Of a stretch of DNA of 36,310 bases, positions 9,402 through 18,469 are shown piece by piece (within the stretch, counting starts at the first letter, position 1; every line of letters begins with the position of its first letter). Below the pieces are notes generated by a model. It searched no databases and was not told the DNA's origin. It worked only from the letters and a program-made list of their open reading frames with translations. The DNA comes from Nitrospinota bacterium (GTDB taxonomy: Bacteria; UBA8248), in assembly GCA_046581755.1 (NCBI GenBank), contig JAYGFR010000250.1, forward strand, positions 1 to 36,310. The letters run 5' to 3'. The position numbers and the translations under genes are program-made.

Positions 9402-10466
9402 TTGAGCGATCGACCGGCCCTGACCTACCAATCGGCAGGCGTGGATGTGGCCGCCGGTGAGAATTTCGCCGATAAAATCGCAAGCGCCTTGCGCTCCACC
9501 CACGGGGCGCATTCGAGCCGCATTCTCGGAGACGGATCCGAATTCGCGGGGTTGTTCCGGCTCGGAGAGGGGTTGCGCGATCCCATCCTCGTTTCGGGGA
9601 CGGACGGCGTGGGCACCAAACTGAAGGTAGCCCAGCGCCTCGGCCGGCACGCCACCATCGGAATCGACCTGGTGGCGATGTGCGTGAACGATGTCTTGAC
9701 GTCGGGGGCCACCCCCTTATTTTTCCTCGACTATATCGCGGCTGGAAAGCTTGATTCCGAAGTGCTGGCTGCGGTCGTCGGCGGCATTGCCGATGGTTGC
9801 CGGCAGGCGGGGTGCGTTTTACTCGGTGGGGAAACCGCCGAAATGCCCGATTTTTACGAGCCCGGCGTGTACGACATCTCAGGGTTTGCGGTCGGCGTCG
9901 CCGAGGGGAAAAAAATTTTGGGGGCTGCGAAAGTTCGAGCGGGAGATGTGCTCATCGGCTTGCCCTCATCGGGCCTGCACAGCAACGGCTACTCCCTGGT
10001 CCGCCGAGTGTTCGAGGATCCGGCCGAATGGGCATCGGAATCAGTTTTTTCCAAACCGGGACCCACTCTGGGAGAGATACTGCTCGAGCCCACCAAGATA
10101 TACGCGGGAGCCATCGCCGCCATTCGTGAGAACCCGGCGGTGCACGCGGTTTCCCATATAACGGGGGGCGGCCTTCCCGGAAACGTCGCCCGGATCATGC
10201 CGCCCGGATCGCAGGCGGTGTTGAAACCCCCAAGCTGGCAGGTGCCCGGAATTTTTCGAGAAATCGAAAAACGTGGACCCGTCGAGCGCGCCGAAATGTT
10301 CAGGACCTTCAATATGGGTCTCGGGATGGTCATTGCGGTAAGCCCCGGGGGGGCCGATGGCGCATTGGCGGCATTGGCAGAGGCTGGCGAGACCCCTTGC
10401 CGGGCCGGAGAGGTTCGAGAGGGGAAGGTTGGCGGTGCCGTGCGCATCGAGGGAGTGGACCTGTGA
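9402..10466 (+). CDS. purM: Phosphoribosylformylglycinamidine cyclo-ligase (AIR synthetase)
   Basis: YQSAGVD, TDGVGTK, GGETAEMP, SGLHSNGYSL, HITGGG, TFNMG. Confidence 0.97.
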   Translation: MSDRPALTYQSAGVDVAAGENFADKIASALRSTHGAHSSRILGDGSEFAGLFRLGEGLRDPILVSGTDGVGTKLKVAQRLGRHATIGIDLVAMCVNDVLTSGATPLFFLDYIAAGKLDSEVLAAVVGGIADGCRQAGCVLLGGETAEMPDFYEPGVYDISGFAVGVAEGKKILGAAKVRAGDVLIGLPSSGLHSNGYSLVRRVFEDPAEWASESVFSKPGPTLGEILLEPTKIYAGAIAAIRENPAVHAVSHITGGGLPGNVARIMPPGSQAVLKPPSWQVPGIFREIEKRGPVERAEMFRTFNMGLGMVIAVSPGGADGALAALAEAGETPCRAGEVREGKVGGAVRIEGVDL

Positions 10467-10477
10467 GCCCGGAAGGA

Positions 10478-11161
10478 ATGGGAGACAGACTCCGGGTGGC
10501 CGTTCTGGCCTCTGGCCGGGGTTCGAATCTTCAGGCCCTGCTCGATGCGGCCCGCGAGCCGTCGTTTCCAGCCAAAATGGTGTGCGTTTTCAGCGATAAA
10601 TCGGACGCCCCTGCGCTGGATCGTGCCAGAAAAGCCGGCATGCTCGCCCGGTGGGTGGACCCTTCCGGTGATGGGTACGAGAATCGCCTGGCCCGGGAAA
10701 TCGAGGCGGAAAACTGTGGATTAATCTGTTGCGCGGGGTATATGCGTATTTTATCGCCCGAATTTGTCACGCGTTTTTCGGGAAGAATTATCAATATTCA
10801 TCCCTCGCTTTTGCCGAGTTTTCCCGGATTGCACGCCCAGCGAAAGGCCCTCCGCGCAAGGGTTCGAATTGCGGGATGCACCGTCCATTATATCGACGAG
10901 GGCGTGGATACAGGGCCCATCATTCTTCAGGCTGCGGTGCCGGTTCTATCGGATGACGATGAGGATACACTTTCCGCGAGAATTCTTGGATTCGAGCATC
11001 AAATTTACCCGCTGGCCGTCAGCCTCATCGCCGAGGGCAAGGTTCGCCTGGAAAAAAACCGGGTCTGCCTGGAAAATATGCACGAAGGCGTTGTCGATGG
11101 ATTCTGGTCTCCACCTACAGGTCTCTCGCCGTCTTCGCGGCAGGGTTCCCGCTTGATTTGA
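10478..11161 (+). CDS. purN: Phosphoribosylglycinamide formyltransferase
   Basis: ASGRGSN, AGYMRIL, NIHPSLLP, GCTVH, DTGPII. Start is 10478 (ATG) or 10463 (GTG). Confidence 0.96.
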   Translation: MGDRLRVAVLASGRGSNLQALLDAAREPSFPAKMVCVFSDKSDAPALDRARKAGMLARWVDPSGDGYENRLAREIEAENCGLICCAGYMRILSPEFVTRFSGRIINIHPSLLPSFPGLHAQRKALRARVRIAGCTVHYIDEGVDTGPIILQAAVPVLSDDDEDTLSARILGFEHQIYPLAVSLIAEGKVRLEKNRVCLENMHEGVVDGFWSPPTGLSPSSRQGSRLI

Positions 11162-11255
11162 ATAAATCTCAAATCAAATATCGCGGAAAAGAAACAAAAA
11201 TGCCTGTAAGCGATGGAATTTAGTGACCTTTCTCGCATTATGGATTATTCATTCC

Positions 11256-11285
11256 TTGACAGGCATCAGGGGGCGTTTCTAGAAT
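11256..11285 (+). promoter_or_regulatory. Putative sigma70 promoter upstream of lolA-rseP-ispG-proS
   Basis: TTGACA-18 nt-TAGAAT in an AT-rich intergenic region. Confidence 0.65.
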
Positions 11286-11313
11286 GCGGTGGATGGCTGA
11301 AAAGGGCATTTTA

Positions 11314-12084
11314 ATGAGGGTAAACACGCAATTGCGGGCTAATCGGGGGGAGGTTTTCGGGAGCGCACTCATCGTATTGCTCTTGTTTTATGCGCCGGCC
11401 GCAGTCGGCGGCGCGGAACTTTCTCCGTCCAATTCGCGGCGGGGCCAGGCCGATCGACGAACCGCGGAGATTATCTCCCGTATCCAGAAAAAATATGAAG
11501 AGACCCGGACGCTAAAGGCCAATTTTGAGCAAGAAAACCACCTCCGCTCTCTCGGCCGGATTACACGCTCGAAAGGGCGAATCATTCTTTACAAGCCCGG
11601 GCGGATTCGGGCCGTTTACACCGAGCCGGAAAACCAGCTCATCGTCTCGAACGGCAAACGGCTCTGGATTCACACGCCTCGCCTCAACCAGGTGATCGTG
11701 AGCGACTTGGGGGGGCGGGGCGCGGCTTCGTTGCCCCTACTTTTTCTTGCCGGCAAGGGAAAGCTGACCCGGGAGTTTCGTATCGAGTTGGTGGACGAGG
11801 GTGTCTCCCCGAGGAAAGGGGGGGCATGGAAAGCGGGTCAGCCCCACCGTCTTTTGCTCAAGCCGGTTCGCTCCGTGGCGGGGTTCCAGAAAATGTGGAT
11901 CGAGGCCGATCCGGTAAGCTTTCAGATTTCCGGCATCGAATACGCCGATGAATTAGGGAATACAACCCGCATACGATTTTCGAATATCAATGAAAATGCC
12001 GCCGTTTCCCCGGAGCTTTTCGAGTTTGACATACCGCCGGGAGTCGAAGTATTGAAGACCCCCGGCCAGAGCGGCCCCAAATAG
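11314..12084 (+). CDS. lolA: Outer-membrane lipoprotein carrier protein LolA family
   Basis: Signal peptide, ANFEQ, KPGRIR..Y, IVSNGKRLW, LNQV, FEFDIPPGVEV. Start placed downstream of the predicted -10 box. Confidence 0.88.
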   Translation: MRVNTQLRANRGEVFGSALIVLLLFYAPAAVGGAELSPSNSRRGQADRRTAEIISRIQKKYEETRTLKANFEQENHLRSLGRITRSKGRIILYKPGRIRAVYTEPENQLIVSNGKRLWIHTPRLNQVIVSDLGGRGAASLPLLFLAGKGKLTREFRIELVDEGVSPRKGGAWKAGQPHRLLLKPVRSVAGFQKMWIEADPVSFQISGIEYADELGNTTRIRFSNINENAAVSPELFEFDIPPGVEVLKTPGQSGPK

Positions 12085-12099
12085 AGCGAAGGAAGTAAA

Positions 12100-13236
12100 A
12101 TGCCTGTCCAGAATTTTGCGTGGTTATCTCCATATATCGACTGGATCTCCAGTTTCGGATATGCCGTTTTCGGGATGGTGGTCGTCCTGGGAATGCTCAT
12201 CTTCATCCACGAATTGGGACACTTTCTCGTTGCCAAGAAGCTGGGCATCGGCGTCACGACGTTTTCCCTGGGATTCGGAAAGCGAATTTGGGGGTTCCGG
12301 CGCGGAGAAACCGAGTACTGTCTCTCAATTCTTCCCCTGGGCGGATACGTGAAGCTCATGGGCGAGGACCCCGAGGCGAGCCGCGAGGACCCCGATGAAC
12401 CCGCCGAGCCGGAGGATCCGGAAAAATCATTCTATCTCCGCCCCGTCCACCAACGGATGGCGGTCATAATAGCGGGACCGTTATTCAATATTCTCTTTGC
12501 CCTGGTTCTTAGCTGGCTCCTATTCATGGTGGGCCAGCCGGTTCCGGGCACATGGGTGGGCAAAGTAGTTCGCGATACGCCGGCCCAATCCGCCGGCCTT
12601 CAGGCGGACGATCATATCGTCGGCGTCGGCGGCAAATCCATTCTCCAGTGGTCGGAACTGGTGGCGATCATCCGGGTGAATGCCGGAAAGCGCCTGTTGC
12701 TCCGGGTGGAGCGCAAGGGGCGGACCCTCGTGGTTCCAATTACACCCGCCTCGAAAAGCCCCGATGGGAAGGAATTAGGCTTTGGGCGTATCGGTATCCA
12801 GAGATCTTCCCGGGTTCATAAAATACGTTATGGGCCGATCGACAGTATCCGGCAGAGCGCACGCCAAAATTACAACATCATTCGCCTAACGGTCGTGACC
12901 CTCTATGGCATGATCAAGCGGCCCCAATCAGCGGATATCGGCGGTCCGATTCGAATCATGGGCATCGCCGGGGAGCAGGCCAAGCGGGGGTTGAGCTTTC
13001 TCGTCGGACTTTCGATTTTGCTGAGTCTGAACCTGGCCATCTTGAATCTTCTCCCCATTCCTATTCTCGATGGCGGACATTTGGTTTTCCTGATCATCGA
13101 AGGTTTGCGGGGCAAGCCCTTGAGCCTCCGTTTCAGGGAAATGTCTGCCCAGGTAGGAATTGTGATGCTGATCGGCGTGATGCTGATCGCCACCTACAAG
13201 GACACGATGTACTATTTCCTCAAGTGGACGCGTTAG
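12100..13236 (+). CDS. rseP: RIP metalloprotease RseP
   Basis: HELGH, PLGGYV, AGPLFN, a PDZ domain, NLLPIPILDGG. Confidence 0.96.
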   Translation: MPVQNFAWLSPYIDWISSFGYAVFGMVVVLGMLIFIHELGHFLVAKKLGIGVTTFSLGFGKRIWGFRRGETEYCLSILPLGGYVKLMGEDPEASREDPDEPAEPEDPEKSFYLRPVHQRMAVIIAGPLFNILFALVLSWLLFMVGQPVPGTWVGKVVRDTPAQSAGLQADDHIVGVGGKSILQWSELVAIIRVNAGKRLLLRVERKGRTLVVPITPASKSPDGKELGFGRIGIQRSSRVHKIRYGPIDSIRQSARQNYNIIRLTVVTLYGMIKRPQSADIGGPIRIMGIAGEQAKRGLSFLVGLSILLSLNLAILNLLPIPILDGGHLVFLIIEGLRGKPLSLRFREMSAQVGIVMLIGVMLIATYKDTMYYFLKWTR

Positions 13237-13255
13237 GATCCGCGGCAAAGGCGGC

Positions 13256-14539
13256 ATGATGGAAGATTGGTCGGCCCAGAAATTTACGGATAGTGTATTT
13301 TTCGAAACCCCCATTCCCGGCGTGGGCCTTCCGTCCCGGAATTCTCCGGGGGGCGGAGCCACCCGGCTTCCCGTCCTGAATTCGCTCCCGGAGGCCGGAG
13401 AGCCTGTCCCTTGCGCCGACCCCTCCCAATTTGTCCTTGCGCGCCGGAAGAGCCGCCAAATTAGCGTCAAGAATGTAAAAGTGGGCGGCGGCGCCCCGAT
13501 TGCCGTCCAGTCGATGTGCAATACCTACACCCACGACATTGAGGCAACGGTCTCCCAAATTGAACGCCTCGAGGTGGCCGGATGCGAGATTGTACGCGTA
13601 GCGGTCCCTGACGAAAGGGCGGCGAACGCCTTGGCCGAGATCAAAAGGCGCATCCGCATTCCCCTGGTCGCCGATATTCATTTCGACTACCGGCTTGCGC
13701 TGATGGCGGCCGAGGCGGGGGTTGATTGCCTCCGGATCAACCCGGGCAACATCAACGGCGAGGACCGCGTCAATGAAGTGGTGGCCGCCGCCAAGGACCA
13801 CGGCATTTCGATTCGAGTCGGCGTGAACGCCGGGTCGCTCGAAAAGCATCTGCTTGATCGCTATGGAGGCGCAACGCCCCAGGCCATCGTCGAAAGCGGG
13901 CTGCGCCACATTGTCATGCTCGAAAAGCGGGGTTTTTATGAAACCAAGATATCCCTGAAGGCCTCGGACGTGGCCCGGACGGTTCTCGCCTATCGCATCA
14001 TGGCCCAGAAGGTAGATTACCCCCTCCACCTGGGAATTACCGAGAGCGGCAGCCTTCGGTCCGGCAGCGTCAAGTCCGCGGTCGGGCTTGGAATTCTCCT
14101 CTCCGAGGGAATCGGAGATACGCTGCGCGTTTCGCTGGCATCGGATCCCGTCGATGAGGTGACCGTGGCATTCGAGATTCTCAAAAGCCTCCGCCTTCGC
14201 CAGAAGGGGGTGAATGTCGTGGCCTGTCCCTCCTGCGGGCGGGTGCAAATCGACGTGGACAAGCTGACGCTCGAAATCGAAAAAGAGCTGTCCCATATCG
14301 ACGCCCCCATCACGGTGGCGGTGATGGGGTGCGAGGTGAACGGGCCTGGCGAGGCGCGAGAGGCGGACATCGGCGTAGCCGGTGGCCACAAGCGCGCCTT
14401 GATGTTCATGAAGGGAGAAAAAGTGGGCCTCGTCGAGTATGCGGACATCAAGAAAAACCTGGTACGCGAGGTGGAAATTCTGGCCGCGCAATGGGCGGAA
14501 GCTTCCGCCAAGGATATGTCCGGAAGCGGGGACGCTTAA
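13256..14539 (+). CDS. ispG: 4-hydroxy-3-methylbut-2-en-1-yl diphosphate synthase
   Basis: VQSM, ADIHF, RINPGN, GVNAGSL, PLHLGITE, CPSCGR, GCEVNGPGEA. Start uncertain. Confidence 0.96.
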   Translation: MMEDWSAQKFTDSVFFETPIPGVGLPSRNSPGGGATRLPVLNSLPEAGEPVPCADPSQFVLARRKSRQISVKNVKVGGGAPIAVQSMCNTYTHDIEATVSQIERLEVAGCEIVRVAVPDERAANALAEIKRRIRIPLVADIHFDYRLALMAAEAGVDCLRINPGNINGEDRVNEVVAAAKDHGISIRVGVNAGSLEKHLLDRYGGATPQAIVESGLRHIVMLEKRGFYETKISLKASDVARTVLAYRIMAQKVDYPLHLGITESGSLRSGSVKSAVGLGILLSEGIGDTLRVSLASDPVDEVTVAFEILKSLRLRQKGVNVVACPSCGRVQIDVDKLTLEIEKELSHIDAPITVAVMGCEVNGPGEAREADIGVAGGHKRALMFMKGEKVGLVEYADIKKNLVREVEILAAQWAEASAKDMSGSGDA

Positions 14540-16263
14540 TGCGGTTCCGCAAAGCCTTTTTCCCCACCTTAAAAGAAGCGCCGGCCGAGGCCGAGGTGGT
14601 GAGCCACCGCCTCATGATTCGGGCGGCGATGATCCGGCGGCTCGCCGCCGGCATTTATATACTTCTTCCCCTCGGCGTCAGGGTCCAACGCAAGGTCGAG
14701 CGGATTTGCCGCGAGGAGATGGACCGTGCCGGTGCGCAGGAAGTATTCCTCCCCACATTGAATCCGGCCGAACTCTGGCAAAAGACCGGGCGCTGGGAGG
14801 TTTACGGCAAGGAACTTATTCGCCTGCAGGATCGGCACGGGAGGGAATTTTGCCTTGGGCCGACGCACGAGGAGGTCATCACCAATCTGATTAGCCGGGA
14901 AGTCCGCAGCTACCGCGACCTTCCCCAAAACCTCTACCAGATTCAAACCAAATTCCGGGACGAAATCCGCCCCCGCTTCGGGGTGATGCGGGGGCGCGAA
15001 TTCACCATGAAGGACGGCTACAGCTTCGACTGCGACGAAAGCGGCGCCGAGCGAAGCTATGGGCTGATGGTGGAGGCCTACAAACGGATATTCGCGCGTT
15101 GCGGCCTGGTCTATGGCGTCGTCGCGGCCGATTCAGGGGCGATCGGGGGGAGTTTTTCTCACGAGTTCATGGTCATGGCGGATACCGGCGAGGAAGCGAT
15201 TAGCATTTGCGAGAAATGTGGCTATTCGGCCAATACCGAGAAAACGCCTGTCGTCATTTCCCTGCCCGATAACGGGGGCGGGAAGATGGAAAAAGTGCAC
15301 ACCCCGGGCGCGCATACGGTGGAAGAGGTGGCCTCTTTCCTCCAATTTCCCAGCGCGCAGGTTACCAAAACGCTACTCTACATGGCGGACGAAAAACCCG
15401 TTGCCCTCATGTTACCGGGCCACCGGGAGTTGAACGAGATCAAGGCCAAAAACGCCCTCGGTGCAATCGATTTATATTTGGCCGATGCGGCGACGGTGGA
15501 GCGGCTGACGGGTGCGGCGGTGGGCTTTGCCGGGCCGGTGGGGCTCAAGGAGGAGGTGCATATCCTGGCCGACAGCTCCCTGGAGGGCCGGGGGGGGCTG
15601 GTTCTCGGTGCGAACGAAACCGACCACCACTACACCGGGGCCGAGGAAGGCCGGGATTTCAAGGCAAATGCCTTCGCCGATCTGGCGCAGGCCCAAGAGG
15701 GCGATGCGTGTCCCGATTGCGGCCACGGCATGAACTTCCGCCGGGGCATCGAGGTAGGGCATGTTTTCAAGCTGGGGACGAAGTATAGTGAAGCGCTCGA
15801 TGCGACCTACCTGGATGAAGACGGAAAGGCGCAAACCATCGTCATGGGCTGCTACGGTATCGGCATCGGCCGGACGGTGGCGGCCGCCATCGAGCAAAAC
15901 CATGACGATGACGGCATCATCTGGCCTGTACCCATCGCTCCCTATCACGCGGACGTCATCATCGTGAACATGAAGGATGCCGAATGCGGGGAGGTGGCGG
16001 ATAAATTCCATGCCGACCTCTGCCGCCTAGGGGTCGAGGCCGTCCTGGACGACCGGGACGAGCGCGCCGGCGTTAAGTTCAAGGATGCGGATCTGATCGG
16101 GTTCCCCTATCAGATCATCATCGCCCCCAGGAGCCTCAAAGAGGGAAATATCGAGCTCAAATTCAGGGAAACGGGGGAGAGGGAATACCTGCCCATCGAT
16201 ACGGCGGCGGAAACGATCAGGGCCTATATTTCAAAAGAACTCGAAGAGGCCGCATCGGCCTGA
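14539..16263 (+). CDS. proS: Proline--tRNA ligase (bacterial type with editing domain)
   Basis: ATG overlaps the ispG stop (TAATG); GPTHEE, FRDEIRPRFG, GIEVGHVF, MGCYGIG, GVKFKDADLIG. Confidence 0.97.
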   Translation: MRFRKAFFPTLKEAPAEAEVVSHRLMIRAAMIRRLAAGIYILLPLGVRVQRKVERICREEMDRAGAQEVFLPTLNPAELWQKTGRWEVYGKELIRLQDRHGREFCLGPTHEEVITNLISREVRSYRDLPQNLYQIQTKFRDEIRPRFGVMRGREFTMKDGYSFDCDESGAERSYGLMVEAYKRIFARCGLVYGVVAADSGAIGGSFSHEFMVMADTGEEAISICEKCGYSANTEKTPVVISLPDNGGGKMEKVHTPGAHTVEEVASFLQFPSAQVTKTLLYMADEKPVALMLPGHRELNEIKAKNALGAIDLYLADAATVERLTGAAVGFAGPVGLKEEVHILADSSLEGRGGLVLGANETDHHYTGAEEGRDFKANAFADLAQAQEGDACPDCGHGMNFRRGIEVGHVFKLGTKYSEALDATYLDEDGKAQTIVMGCYGIGIGRTVAAAIEQNHDDDGIIWPVPIAPYHADVIIVNMKDAECGEVADKFHADLCRLGVEAVLDDRDERAGVKFKDADLIGFPYQIIIAPRSLKEGNIELKFRETGEREYLPIDTAAETIRAYISKELEEAASA

Positions 16264-16315
16264 CGCGTTTTCTCGGTGCCCTTCGATGCGGGCCCTGCCG
16301 TCAGCCCACTGATAG

Positions 16316-16345
16316 TTGACGGTCCCGCTTTTACTCTTTTATATT
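16316..16345 (+). promoter_or_regulatory. Putative sigma70 promoter for the small ORFs, tRNA and tilS
   Basis: TTGACG-18 nt-TATATT. Confidence 0.45.
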
Positions 16346-16404
16346 TCATGCTGCAGAGGTGGAGAACTGCCGACTGGACCGTGCGGCAGGGAAGGGAAGT
16401 GGTC

Positions 16405-16593
16405 ATGGTTTCTCCGGATATCCGCGAATGCGCGGTTTGCGCCTGGCGCGAAACCTGCCGCCTGAAGTGGAGAAACGAGCCGAACGGGGCGCTTCATTGC
16501 CCGGAATTTACATTTGACTTGCGGTTGGCGCAGGCGCAACAGCAGGTGGAAAAGAGTCCAAGGCAGACTTCCGAACAGGAGGCCAACGACTGA
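16405..16593 (+). CDS. Small Cys-rich hypothetical protein (62 aa, CX2CX5CX13C)
   Basis: ATG after purine-rich AGGGAAGGGAAG; MVSPDIRECAVCAWRETCRLKWRNEPNGALHCPEF... Confidence 0.75.
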   Translation: MVSPDIRECAVCAWRETCRLKWRNEPNGALHCPEFTFDLRLAQAQQQVEKSPRQTSEQEAND

Positions 16594-16748
16594 TGCGACG
16601 AGAAATCGAGATCCTTTGCCTGATATTTATCGGCTATATTTGCGTTGTGCTGGGGCTCCGCATGGACGACATCGGGTTCCGGACATTCTTCTACATCCTC
16701 TCTGGAGTATTCATCCTCGCGATTTTTCGTCCCAAGGAATCGCCCTGA
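16593..16748 (+). CDS. Small two-TM membrane protein (51 aa; absent from the ORF track)
   Basis: TGATG coupling to the upstream ORF and an AGGAGG RBS. My translation: MRREIEILCLIFIGYICVVLGLRMDDIGFRTFFYILSGVFILAIFRPKESP. Confidence 0.7.
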   Translation: MRREIEILCLIFIGYICVVLGLRMDDIGFRTFFYILSGVFILAIFRPKESP

Positions 16749-16767
16749 ACCGGACGAGATACCTTCC

Positions 16768-16844
16768 GGCGGTGTAGCTCAAGCGGTTAGAGCACGCGGC
16801 TCATATCCGCGGTGTTGGGGGTTCGAGTCCCTCCACCGCCACCA
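16768..16844 (+). tRNA. tRNA with CAT anticodon, most likely elongator tRNA-Met
   Basis: Cloverleaf: acceptor GGCGGTG/CACCGCC, D arm GCTC/GAGC, anticodon stem CGCGG/CCGCG with loop CTCATAT, T loop TTCGAGT, encoded CCA. G1:C72 is paired, so it is not an initiator tRNA. Confidence 0.95.
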
Positions 16845-16874
16845 ATTCCTTTCGTCGGCCGAGGAGGGCGCGGG

Positions 16875-18398
16875 ATGCCCGAAAACCTCCCGGAAAGGCG
16901 TCATTCAACAACCATTCGCGAATTTGAGGCTAAGGTACGCGAGGGATGCCGCCGTTGCGGCCTCGAAGAGTTCAGGGGCCCCCTCCTGGCCGGCTTCTCT
17001 GGCGGCGCCGATTCAACGGCCCTGATCCTCTCTCTTTCATCGCTCATGAGCGGCCGGGGCGGCTGGCCCTCATCGCTCACAGCCGTTCATGTCGATCATG
17101 GCCTGCGCCCCGGGGGGGCCGAGCGGGACGCCCTCCATGCCGAACAGTTCTGCAAAACCCACGATATTCCATTTTTCCTCTGCCGCGCCGCCGTCGATCC
17201 GGCCCAGGGCTTCGGCCTGGAGGATGCTGCCAGAAAAGCCCGCCGGGATTCGTTCCTTCAAGCGGCTCAAGAAAGGGGGGCCAAGGTCATCGCTCTGGCC
17301 CATACCCAGGACGAGCAGGCCGAAACCGTCCTCATGCGCCTTTTCGAGGGCGCAGGACCCAAAGGCCTCGCCGGTATTTCTTCCCAAACCCTTCTTCGGG
17401 AAGAATCCGCCCAGGGGGACCCCTCGCGGGGGGAACCCGCGCTGTCAAAGAGTTTGAAGGTTTTCATCGTACGCCCTCTTTTGAGGGTATCCAGGGCCGA
17501 GGTCATGGCATATCTCGAAGCCCGGGGCGCGCAATGGGTGGAGGATGAGACGAACTCCGATGAAACCCGGCTCAGAAACCTCGTTCGGCGAAGAATTATT
17601 CCCATTCTGCGCGAAACCATGGGGGGGGCCGTCACCGAGCGAATCGCCGGCAGCGCAGACCATTTGAGCGATGCGATCGAAACCCTCGAGGCATCGGTCG
17701 ATGACGCGTGCGGGGCGTTTCTTTCAAAAGAGGGGAATCATGTCCGCATTTTCCCGCTATCGGGGGTCAGGCTCCTCCCCAGCGCCGTACGGGCGGGGCT
17801 CTGGTCGGCGGCCCTGAAAACCGGTGGCGGAGCCGCCGGCCGCCGAATGGCACTGGAGAGAATCATTAAGAGTATCGACCGTCTGGCACTCGAAAGTGGT
17901 CCCTCCGCCACCCTCAGCCTACCGGGAAAGTCACGGGCATGGCGGCGGTACGACTCGATTTTCATCGGCATCCCGGACGAAGAATCCCCCTTGCCGGAGG
18001 ATGAGGTTTCTCTCGCCATTCCGGGCCGGACCGTCCACCCCGGGCTGTGCATCGAGATAGAAGCAAGCCCGCCCGTGGAGGGGGGCGAGGCGCCGGACGG
18101 CAAGTTTGCGGCTGATCTGGATTCCCTCAGCCTTCCGGAGGGGATCATTGTTCGAACCAGACGCCCCGGAGATCGGTTTTATCCTCCTGGAGGAGCGGGA
18201 GAGCGAAAATTGAAGGAGTTTTTCATAGACCGGAAGATACCCCGTCTCGAACGGGAATATATCCCGCTCCTCGCCTCCGGAGATGAGATAATCTGGGCGG
18301 TGGGGCATGCTGTTTCGGAAAAATACCGCTCCCGCCCCGGATCGCGTCAATTTGTGGCTCTGACAGCCCGAACGGTCAAGGATATCCGAGACCTATAG
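16875..18398 (+). CDS. tilS: tRNA(Ile)-lysidine synthetase
   Basis: SGGADS PP-loop, HVDHGLR, AHTQDEQAET, RPLL, DETN..RN, C-terminal RRPGDRF..KLKEFF. Confidence 0.95.
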   Translation: MPENLPERRHSTTIREFEAKVREGCRRCGLEEFRGPLLAGFSGGADSTALILSLSSLMSGRGGWPSSLTAVHVDHGLRPGGAERDALHAEQFCKTHDIPFFLCRAAVDPAQGFGLEDAARKARRDSFLQAAQERGAKVIALAHTQDEQAETVLMRLFEGAGPKGLAGISSQTLLREESAQGDPSRGEPALSKSLKVFIVRPLLRVSRAEVMAYLEARGAQWVEDETNSDETRLRNLVRRRIIPILRETMGGAVTERIAGSADHLSDAIETLEASVDDACGAFLSKEGNHVRIFPLSGVRLLPSAVRAGLWSAALKTGGGAAGRRMALERIIKSIDRLALESGPSATLSLPGKSRAWRRYDSIFIGIPDEESPLPEDEVSLAIPGRTVHPGLCIEIEASPPVEGGEAPDGKFAADLDSLSLPEGIIVRTRRPGDRFYPPGGAGERKLKEFFIDRKIPRLEREYIPLLASGDEIIWAVGHAVSEKYRSRPGSRQFVALTARTVKDIRDL

Positions 18399-18469
18399 AT
18401 AGACGAACCCCACAAATCCTGATATTCTATGGTAACTGTAGTCTTATCCATGATTTTTGAGGGAATGCA

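Noticed and set aside
16768..16900. tRNA as an integration site for a genomic island
   Set aside because: No integrase, no duplicated tRNA 3' end that I could see, and both flanks are housekeeping genes.
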